Part shown: in pieces, positions 7,531 to 15,912 of the stretch
Layout of the letters: the number at the start of each line of letters is the position of its first letter
How positions within the stretch are numbered: position 1 is the stretch's first letter
Assembly: GCA_040752415.1 (NCBI GenBank)
Contig: JBFMGU010000248.1
Coordinates: forward strand, 1 to 15,912
Length of the DNA: 15,912 nucleotides
Source of the DNA: Myxococcota bacterium
Lineage (GTDB): Bacteria; Myxococcota; JACRCW01
Reading direction: 5' to 3'
Program-made: the position numbers and the translations under genes
The notes under the pieces: model-generated
Told to the model about the DNA's origin: nothing
The model's database searches: none
The model's input: the letters and a program-made list of their open reading frames with translations, nothing else

Positions 7531-9234
7531 TCACTGGATGTGATGGGCGCCGGACTTGCGGGCTTCCCGGGTGCCCATGAGCTGCACCACCTGCTGCCGC
7601 GAGGTTGCGCCACGCAGCGCCTCACGCTGCGGCGCCGTCACCACGGAGCGCACGATGGCGGAGTGCAGCTCCAGCGCGCGCTGCGGGGAGTGACGTGGCA
7701 GGAGCAGGAGGAAGACCAGTCCGGCGGGAACGCCGTCAGGCGCCTGGAAGTCGATTCCCCGCGTCGAGACGCCCAGTCCCAGCATGGGGCGGAACAGGCC
7801 GTCCACGCGGGCATGCACCAACGCCACTCCGTCGGAGAGCGCGCCAAAATCGCGAGGCTGGCTGGCGATGATCTCGTCGGCCAGCGCACCCGGATCCAGC
7901 GGGGTGCCGGCGGCCAGCTCCTCGGTGATGTGACGCACCGCCTGCTCGGGTGTGGCGCCGCGCAGCCGTGGGACGAAAGCGCCGCGGGAGATGAGGCCCA
8001 CCAGGTCCACCGGCACGTTGCCGCGCATCAGCCAGCCCATGGCCGGTCCCGCCATCAACGACGTCACCAGCGCCATCAGCAACAGCGCCACGAACAACGG
8101 CTCGTCAATCAGGCCGGCCTCCAATGCGGCCATGGCGAACACCATGCCCATGGCGCCGCGCGCGTTCATGCCAAATCCCACCGCCCACGCTTCACGCACA
8201 TCGGCACCGCTGGCCCGCGCGGCGGCACTGCAGCCCACCAGCTTCACCACGCAACCCACGCCCACCACCAACGCCACCAGCAGCGGGTCCAACGCCGCCA
8301 GGAAATCCACGCGCGTCCCCACCGACGCAAAGAACAACGGGCCCATCACGCTGTGCACCACCTCGCGCAGCCGGGAGCGCGTCTCGTGTGGCACCGCGCG
8401 GGACCGGCCCAGCGCCAACCCGACGACAAACGCGCCGAAGATGTAGTGCACATCCAAAAGCTGCATCACACCCGCGCCCAGGCAGCCCAGCACCACCACC
8501 GCCGCCAGCCCGTGTCCCGGCGCCGTGAGACGACGAGACTCCAACCACGCCAGCGGACCGGGCAGCAGCCGGTGACCCGCCCACAACGCGCCGCCGGTGA
8601 ACACCACCAGGCCCGCGGCGGAGGTCAGCACGTCGCGCCAGCCATGTGCGGCGCCGTCGACACTCTCCGCCACCAGGGAGAACAGCAGCCACGCCACCAG
8701 GTCATTGCCCACCGCCGCGGCCAGCACCACTGCGCCAAACTCGGAACGCAGCAGCCCCAGGTCCAGCAGCGTCTTGGCAATCACCGGGATGGCGGACACC
8801 AGCAGCGCCGCACCCACGAGCCCGGCCAGCAAGAGCTTCTCCTGCTCCGTGCCTCCACGCGTTGCCGCCAGCCACCAACCCAACGCCGCGCCACCCAGCA
8901 GCGGAAGCGCCATCCCGGTGGTGCTGGTCCACGCCACGGTGCGCCAGCGACGGGAAAGGTCCGCCAGGTCCACGTCGGTACCGGCCACCGTCAGCAGCGC
9001 CACGCCGCCCAACAGCGTCACCGCGCCGTGCATCTGCGAAGGGGCGTCGTGGTGGAACAGCTGCATGACGTCGGGATGCAGGCGGCCCAGGACGGTGGGG
9101 CCCAACAACACGCCCGCCATCAGCTCACCCACGACGGCCGGAAGGCGAATCCGCACCGCCAGCGCGCCCAGCACCCGCGCCGTCAACAACAGCAACGCCA
9201 GTGCCACCAGGAAGGTGGCGGTATCCGCACGCAT
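7531..9234 (-). CDS. CPA2-family cation:proton antiporter fused to a C-terminal PTS EIIA type-2 domain
   Basis: LPAVVGELMAGVLLGPTVLG, AAAVGNDLVAW, IFGAFVVG, PLFFASVG and GMNARGAM, followed by a soluble domain with GVALVHAR and GIDFQAPDGVPAGLVFLLL. GGAGG RBS. Confidence 0.9.
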   Translation of the reverse strand: MRADTATFLVALALLLLTARVLGALAVRIRLPAVVGELMAGVLLGPTVLGRLHPDVMQLFHHDAPSQMHGAVTLLGGVALLTVAGTDVDLADLSRRWRTVAWTSTTGMALPLLGGAALGWWLAATRGGTEQEKLLLAGLVGAALLVSAIPVIAKTLLDLGLLRSEFGAVVLAAAVGNDLVAWLLFSLVAESVDGAAHGWRDVLTSAAGLVVFTGGALWAGHRLLPGPLAWLESRRLTAPGHGLAAVVVLGCLGAGVMQLLDVHYIFGAFVVGLALGRSRAVPHETRSRLREVVHSVMGPLFFASVGTRVDFLAALDPLLVALVVGVGCVVKLVGCSAAARASGADVREAWAVGFGMNARGAMGMVFAMAALEAGLIDEPLFVALLLMALVTSLMAGPAMGWLMRGNVPVDLVGLISRGAFVPRLRGATPEQAVRHITEELAAGTPLDPGALADEIIASQPRDFGALSDGVALVHARVDGLFRPMLGLGVSTRGIDFQAPDGVPAGLVFLLLLPRHSPQRALELHSAIVRSVVTAPQREALRGATSRQQVVQLMGTREARKSGAHHIQ

Positions 9235-9375
9235 GCGCTCCCTCCGAAGCGTGGACGTTGTCCCACGTCGGGCACGACACGCGCAGCGGGGAAATCATGG
9301 CCACGCCCGCGGCAACGTCCGGAAACTCATCCGATGCGACCATGGTGCGCTAAGGCCCGCGTGTTGGAGGTGGTC

Positions 9376-10893
9376 ATGACACAAGCACGCGTGCCCCTGT
9401 CCCAGAAGCGGATGGAAGCGTTGGTGCGGGAACGCTTCGCCGGTCGTCGTCTCGTCGTGGTTTCCAACCGGGAACCGGTGGTGCACCAGCGCGGTGCCAA
9501 CGGGAAGCTCAAGGTCCAGCAGCCCGCGGGCGGCCTGACCACCGCCATGCTGCCCATTGTGCAGGCGTGTCGCGGCGTGTGGATTGCGCACGGCAGCGGC
9601 AACGCGGATTTCGACGTCACCGACGCGCGCGACGGACTGGAGTGGCCGCCGGAGAATCCCAGCTTCCGTCTGCGTCGCGTGCGCCTCCCGCCCGACGTGG
9701 AGGCCGGCTACTACAACGGGCTGGCCAATGAAGGCATCTGGCCGCTGTGCCACCTGGCGTACACCGCGCCGCTGTTCCGCCACTCGGACTGGGTGATGTA
9801 CCGCGAGGCCAACCGCATCTTCTCCGAGGCCGTGCTGGAGGAGATTGGCGACGAGCCCGCGGTGGTCTTCAGCCACGACTACCACCTGGGCCTGCTGCAG
9901 CGGATGTTGCGCAACCGTCGCCCCGACCTGCTCATGGCGCAGTTCTGGCACATCCCGTGGCCCAACCGTGAAGTGATGGGCGTGATGCCGTGGATGGCGG
10001 AGCTGCTGCACGGAATGCTGGGCAATGACCTCATGGGCTTCCACGTCCAGCAGCACTGCAACAATTTCCTGGACACCGTGGATCGCGGCATCGAGAGCCT
10101 TGTTGACTACGAGAACCACCGCGCCATCCGCGGGCGGAAGTCCACCTACGTGCGTCCCTTCCCCATCAGCATCGACGTGCACGCGTACCAGCAGACGGCG
10201 GCGGAGAAACCATTCGAGAAGGTGTTCCCGGAGCTGGCGGCGCGCACCCACGGCCAGGTGATGCTCCTCGGCGTCGACCGCCTCGACTACACCAAGGGCA
10301 TTCCGCACCGGCTGCGCGCGTTCGAGTCGCTCTTGGAGCAGTACCCGGAGTGGCGGGGCAAGGCCACGTTCGTCCAGATTGGCGCGCCCTCGCGCACCAC
10401 CATTCCGCGTTACGCCGCACTTGCCGACGAGGTGCAGGCGCTGGTGCGTCAGATCAATTCGCGTTTTGGGGGCCAGGAGCGCTGGACCGCGGTGCACTAC
10501 CTGCCGGAGCACCATGACCGCGAGATGCTGGCCGCGCTGTACCGTCGAGCGGACGTGTGCATGGTGACCTCCCTGCACGACGGCATGAACCTGGTGGCCA
10601 AGGAGTACATTGCCGCGCACGCCGGCACGCCGGGCACGCTGGTGCTCTCCAAGTTCACCGGTGCCGCGCGGGAGCTGCTGGAGGCGTGCCTGGTCAATCC
10701 CTATGACATCGAGGCCACGGCGGCGCTCATCGTCGAGACCTTGCGGATGTCGCCGCAGCAGCGCGCGGACGCCATGCGCCGCCTGTATGAACGCGTCTGC
10801 GCCCACGACGTGTACGACTGGGCCACCGACGTGCTCACCGGTCTCGACGAGGTCTCGCGTCGCCAGGAGGCGCAGGCGTTCCCGGGGAACTGA
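9376..10893 (+). CDS. otsA: Trehalose-6-phosphate synthase (GT20 family)
   Basis: GGAGGTG RBS then ATG at 9376. Motifs LVVVSNREP, AGGL, YYNGLANEGIWPLCH, HDYHL, FWHIPWP, LGVDRLDYTKGI and DGMNLVAKEY. Confidence 0.93.
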   Translation: MTQARVPLSQKRMEALVRERFAGRRLVVVSNREPVVHQRGANGKLKVQQPAGGLTTAMLPIVQACRGVWIAHGSGNADFDVTDARDGLEWPPENPSFRLRRVRLPPDVEAGYYNGLANEGIWPLCHLAYTAPLFRHSDWVMYREANRIFSEAVLEEIGDEPAVVFSHDYHLGLLQRMLRNRRPDLLMAQFWHIPWPNREVMGVMPWMAELLHGMLGNDLMGFHVQQHCNNFLDTVDRGIESLVDYENHRAIRGRKSTYVRPFPISIDVHAYQQTAAEKPFEKVFPELAARTHGQVMLLGVDRLDYTKGIPHRLRAFESLLEQYPEWRGKATFVQIGAPSRTTIPRYAALADEVQALVRQINSRFGGQERWTAVHYLPEHHDREMLAALYRRADVCMVTSLHDGMNLVAKEYIAAHAGTPGTLVLSKFTGAARELLEACLVNPYDIEATAALIVETLRMSPQQRADAMRRLYERVCAHDVYDWATDVLTGLDEVSRRQEAQAFPGN

Positions 10894-10975
10894 CCGCCCT
10901 CACCTTGAACACAGCCATCCCCGTGGCCTACGGAAGCGGCTTGCCGTCCCGGACGGTTTCTCGAGGAGGAAGCCC

Positions 10976-11557
10976 GTGAAGCTGCGTCAGAAGGTCATGC
11001 CGCACCTGTGGTACGCCAAGGAGGCTGAGGCGGCGGCCAGGTTCTATGCGTCCATCTTCCCCAACTCCTCCGTCGACCGGGTGACGTCGCTGCCGGTGGA
11101 TACACCCAGCGGTCCGGCGGGCACGGTGAAGGTTGTGGACTTCAGGTTGTTCGGGCAGCGCTTCCAGGCCATTTCGGCCGGGCCGCTCGATCCCTTCAAC
11201 CACGCCGTGTCGTTTGTGGTGTTGTGCGAGGACCAAGCGGAGCTGGACCGCTACTGGAAAGCGCTGCTCAAGGGCGGCGGTGAGCCCGAGATGTGCGGCT
11301 GGCTCCGGGATAAGTTCGGATTGTCCTGGCAGATCGTGCCCGCGGAGCTCGACGAGATGATGTCGGACCCGGACCGTGAGAGAGCCATCCGTGTCTGCGA
11401 GGTCATGCTGCGCCAGCAGAAGCTGGACATTGGTGCGCTGCGTGCCGCGTACGAGGCTGCTCCTTCCCGAGAGCGCTCGCGGAAGCCCAAGGCGTCCGCT
11501 CGCCGAGCCCGCACCAGCCGGAAGAGCCCTCGGTCAAGGCGGTCAACCGCGCGCTGA
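10976..11557 (+). CDS. PhnB-like VOC family protein (3-dmu-9_3-mt type) with basic C-terminal tail
   Basis: GAGGAGG RBS and GTG start. Motifs QKVMPHLWY, AEAAARFYASIF, FNHAVSFVV, ELDRYW and CGWLRDKFGLSWQIVP. Confidence 0.9.
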   Translation: MKLRQKVMPHLWYAKEAEAAARFYASIFPNSSVDRVTSLPVDTPSGPAGTVKVVDFRLFGQRFQAISAGPLDPFNHAVSFVVLCEDQAELDRYWKALLKGGGEPEMCGWLRDKFGLSWQIVPAELDEMMSDPDRERAIRVCEVMLRQQKLDIGALRAAYEAAPSRERSRKPKASARRARTSRKSPRSRRSTAR

Positions 11558-11567
11558 GAACCGCGGT

Positions 11568-12644
11568 TCAGGGAAGAACGTCGAACGGCTCCGACGAGGA
11601 AGTGGGAGCCGGGGGATTGCTCAGTTTCCTCAGGGCGCCGCTGCACGCGGTCCGTGCGTCGAGGATCTTCACGTGCACGGCGGGCAACAGGTTCGAGGAC
11701 CCGTCGCTGCGCGCGGTCACTCCCAGGACGCGGAACGCCACGGTGCCCCGGTTCTCGCCCTTGAGGCTGCCCTCCAGCGGTGAGCCGTAGCTCATGCTGA
11801 TGTCGCTCTTGAACACCACCGCGCACACGGGCTTTCCCACCAGCAGGCGCAGGCCACGCGCGCGGAGCGGCGTCACTCCTGCAACATGGTCCAGGAGCGC
11901 TTCCCGGTCACCCTGGGAGTCAGGGGTCCCCAGGCCGGCACCCACGTCGTGCGGGAAGGGCAGGCTGGGCCACCCCAGGAAGTTGCGCAGTCCGTCGTTG
12001 GTCGGGCCCGCTGCGCTCCAGTTGGCGGGCGCCGCCGGCAGCGCAAAGAACCCCTCGTCACCCACCTGGCCGGAATACAGCGTGAGCCGTGTGCCCACCG
12101 CGGCACCGGTGAATCTCGCCAGCGGCGCGCGGGCGCCAATGGCGGCGGACGTCTCGTTGATGTCGGCCTCGGAGAAGTTGTTGGGCTCCTCGCCGGTCGT
12201 GATGGCGTCCTCGTCCAGCGCCAACAACACGGGCACCACCGCGCAGGCGTCTCCCACACCGTCGCCGTCGGTGTCTGCCTGGTCGGGATTGGGAACGGAG
12301 GGACAGTTGTCGCAGGCGTTGCCCACGCCGTCGGAATCACGGTCCAGCTGGTCGGCGTTTGCATCGGAAGGACAGTTGTCGCACGCGTTGCTCACGCCAT
12401 CCCGGTCGCGGTCCAGTTTCGTCGTCGGCGCCGGCAGAGTCGTGGTCCCTTTGAGCGCCCAGTCGTCGAAGGAGCTCGCACCCAGCGAATCACGCAAGCC
12501 AGAGCCGTCGGTGTTTGTGGAGCTCACGCCGGCGCAGGGGCCAGGGTCCTCAGTTTGGCTCGTCACCTTGCTTTGTGCCCACGCCAGCGTGCTGGCAACC
12601 GTCACAACCACCGCGATGCTCACGGCGAGCAGCATGGATTTCAT
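11568..12644 (-). CDS. Secreted protein with thrombospondin type-3 Ca-binding repeats and an unassigned C-terminal domain
   Basis: Signal peptide ending in AWA. Repeats [15 protein letters not shown] / [15 protein letters not shown] / [11 protein letters not shown]. Confidence 0.85.
   Translation of the reverse strand: MKSMLLAVSIAVVVTVASTLAWAQSKVTSQTEDPGPCAGVSSTNTDGSGLRDSLGASSFDDWALKGTTTLPAPTTKLDRDRDGVSNACDNCPSDANADQLDRDSDGVGNACDNCPSVPNPDQADTDGDGVGDACAVVPVLLALDEDAITTGEEPNNFSEADINETSAAIGARAPLARFTGAAVGTRLTLYSGQVGDEGFFALPAAPANWSAAGPTNDGLRNFLGWPSLPFPHDVGAGLGTPDSQGDREALLDHVAGVTPLRARGLRLLVGKPVCAVVFKSDISMSYGSPLEGSLKGENRGTVAFRVLGVTARSDGSSNLLPAVHVKILDARTACSGALRKLSNPPAPTSSSEPFDVLP
12243..12413 (-). 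repeat. Tandem TSP type-3 coding repeats (69-nt / 23-aa period, about 2.5 copies)
   Basis: GGACAGTTGTCGCA recurs at 12301 and 12370 on the + strand. The protein shows DxDxDG-x-x-x-ACDNCP units. Confidence 0.9.
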
Positions 12645-12966
12645 CCGTCCCCCCGTTCGCGCTCGGACGACGCTCAGTGCGCGTGGTCGAACGCCGGCTC
12701 CACAACGGGATAAGACTCGGTGTCATTCCCGCCGTCGCCTTTCGCGCGCTTGGAGAACGAGAGCACGCATGTCCCTCCGGCTCACGTTCCACGAGACGTT
12801 CGGCCCCACGCGCGCGCACGCCTCACGGCGTCCATGCGGAACGACGCCTCCGCGCTCCCACGGGATGCCCGTGTCCTTCGTGAACAGCGTGGACGCCCAA
12901 CCTCGGCGTTTCGGATCGTGGTGACGCGGGGGACCTCTGCGGCATGATGCTGCGGGAGCGTGGAGC

Positions 12967-13383
12967 ATGACATCGCGGGTGCGTCGGGTGGAGGTTCGTG
13001 GCCGGGCGGCTCTCGGCGTGGCGCTCGTTGCGCTGGCGGGTTGCGCCACGGGTGAGAAGGCCGGGCGCAGCGTCGAGCAGCAGGAACAGCTGGACCGCGA
13101 CAAGACGGTGGTGGCGCGCGCGCAGGCGCTGGAGCTGGCCAAGGCGGTGGAGATCCACAAGCTCCTCACCGGGCGCTATCCCAGCAACGCGGAAGGCCTC
13201 ACCGCGCTGACCTTGTCGTTGCCGGGTGCGCAGGGGCCCATCCTGGAGCGCTTGCCGCTGGACCCGTGGAAGCAACCCTGGCGTTACGAGAATCCCGGCG
13301 TGCACAACCCGGCCAGCTTCGACCTCTACTCGGCGGGGCCGGACACCTACGCGGGCAACGACGACGACGTGGGCAACTGGTAG
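12967..13383 (+). CDS. GspG (T2SS major pseudopilin)-like domain protein with a lipoprotein signal peptide
   Basis: GRYPSNAEGLTAL and LPLDPWKQPWRYENPGVHNPASFDLYSAGPD...DDDVGNW match the T2SSG domain. The N-terminus is basic plus hydrophobic plus LAGC, with no GFTLIE motif. Confidence 0.85.
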   Translation: MTSRVRRVEVRGRAALGVALVALAGCATGEKAGRSVEQQEQLDRDKTVVARAQALELAKAVEIHKLLTGRYPSNAEGLTALTLSLPGAQGPILERLPLDPWKQPWRYENPGVHNPASFDLYSAGPDTYAGNDDDVGNW

Positions 13384-13390
13384 CCGCGCG

Positions 13391-14860
<1,470 letters not shown>

Positions 14861-14888
14861 TGAGCCTCAGAGCATGGCGACGGCGGGA

Positions 14889-15912
14889 TCAGTTGTGCAA
14901 GTCCATGAAGTACTTCTTCTGCCTCCCCCCCGCCTCCACGTTCAGCTCCCGCTCGATTCCCAGCGCCGGCACCTTGAGCACCAGGCGGTGACGGCCCGCG
15001 GGCAGCTTGAGCGGCGTGGAGCCGGTGGTCCGCCCCAGGTCCTTGTCGCCCAGGGCCAGCCACGCCGGCGGGTCGGACTGCACCACCACGCTCGCGTTGC
15101 CACCCGGATCCTGTCCCACCTCGATGGCCAGCTTGCCGGGGCGGTCGGGCTTGAGGCGCTGGTCGGTGAGCACGGCGTCGTCGGTGCGGACCACCAGGTG
15201 GCGCGCGCGGTCACGCGGCACGGTGAGCTTCTGCGGCGCCTCACCCACCAGCATCCCGTCCAGGTACACCCTGGCACCCGGCACCGACGTGCGCACGTCC
15301 ACCTCTCCGTCGGATTCCAGCTGCAACAGCGCCACCGCCGCGGCCTGGTCCTCCGCCAGCGTGATGGTGGTGTCCTTGCTGCTCTTGCCCTTGGCCGCCG
15401 TCACCTTGTGCTCACCCGGCGGCAGCTCCTTCTCCACGGTGACGGGACTGACGCCAATCTCGTTGCCATCCAGCGTCACCGTGGCGCCGGGTGGAGAGGT
15501 CCGCACCGTGATGGCCACGGCCTTGCTGCCCGCGGTGGCCTGGGCGGCGGCCGCGCCGGAGAAGAAGAAGCTCGCCGAGGGGCCCAGCACGCGTGCAATG
15601 GTGGGTCCGTGCCGCGCCGCCACGAAGTAACACGCCACGGTGGTGGCCAGGAACGCCATGGCCGCGCGACGTCGCACCGTGCCCGGCAGCACCGTCTTCA
15701 GCAGCTGACGTCGACGTGACACCGCGCCGCTGCCAGGACCGATGGCCGGCTCACCAATCACCCACGCGCCACGACGTGCCATCGCGCGCTGGTCGGCGTC
15801 GTACGTCTCCACCGGGCGCTCCAGCAGCTTGCCCACGCGGTCGGGGTGCGGCTTGCTGTCGGGCGCGTCGGGACGGGTGCGCCACTCCTCCACGGCCTCG
15901 GGGCCCGCGGGC
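14889..15912 (-). CDS. PEGA-domain membrane protein, 5'-partial (possibly the C-terminus of a Ser/Thr kinase)
   Basis: The frame stays open to the window edge. A TM helix AAMAFLATTVACYFVAA precedes three PEGA-like units (VRTSPPGATVTLDG, VRTSVPGARVYLDG, VQSDPPAWLALGD...LKLPAGRHRL). Confidence 0.8.
   Translation of the reverse strand, partial: PAGPEAVEEWRTRPDAPDSKPHPDRVGKLLERPVETYDADQRAMARRGAWVIGEPAIGPGSGAVSRRRQLLKTVLPGTVRRRAAMAFLATTVACYFVAARHGPTIARVLGPSASFFFSGAAAAQATAGSKAVAITVRTSPPGATVTLDGNEIGVSPVTVEKELPPGEHKVTAAKGKSSKDTTITLAEDQAAAVALLQLESDGEVDVRTSVPGARVYLDGMLVGEAPQKLTVPRDRARHLVVRTDDAVLTDQRLKPDRPGKLAIEVGQDPGGNASVVVQSDPPAWLALGDKDLGRTTGSTPLKLPAGRHRLVLKVPALGIERELNVEAGGRQKKYFMDLHN

Noticed and set aside
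5238..7625. 795-aa minus-strand ORF
   Set aside because: Antisense shadow of three GC3-biased plus-strand genes, with Q/H/R-rich composition and no motifs.
7489..9375. 1134-aa ORF suggesting a giant N-terminal fusion to OtsA
   Set aside because: The extension is the antisense shadow of the antiporter gene. A clear RBS and ATG at 9376 mark the real start.
10921..10960. Two small hairpins after otsA as an intrinsic terminator
   Set aside because: Stems are only 4-6 bp and the U-tract is only TTT.
12243..12413. Direct repeats as a possible CRISPR array
   Set aside because: They are in-frame coding TSP3 repeats, degenerate and without unique spacers or cas genes.

Overview
High-GC (about 70% by eye) bacterial DNA. 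The FHA-sigma54 activator, PEGA-domain protein and TSP3-repeat protein suggest Myxococcota or a related delta-proteobacterial lineage (inference). About 17 CDS are supported. In order: an nfeD-SPFH/stomatin pair; a single-domain response regulator; a translationally coupled arsenic operon on the minus strand (arsR-arsI-aquaporin-arsC) with a visible palindromic operator and sigma70-like promoter; and, divergent from it, an uncharacterised three-gene operon (a small protein with a duplicated Cys/His motif, an alpha/beta protein possibly of eIF-2B-like fold, and an ArsB/NhaD-superfamily permease with altered motifs). These are followed by a CPA2 antiporter fused to a PTS EIIA domain, otsA, a PhnB-like VOC protein with a basic tail, a secreted TSP3-repeat protein, a GspG-like protein carrying a lipoprotein signal instead of a prepilin leader, an FHA-sigma54 activator, and a 5'-truncated PEGA-domain membrane protein. 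The best candidate for an undescribed system is the ars-divergent operon at 5065-7514. No RNA genes, CRISPR arrays or mobile elements were recognised. All family calls come from motif recognition, not database searches.
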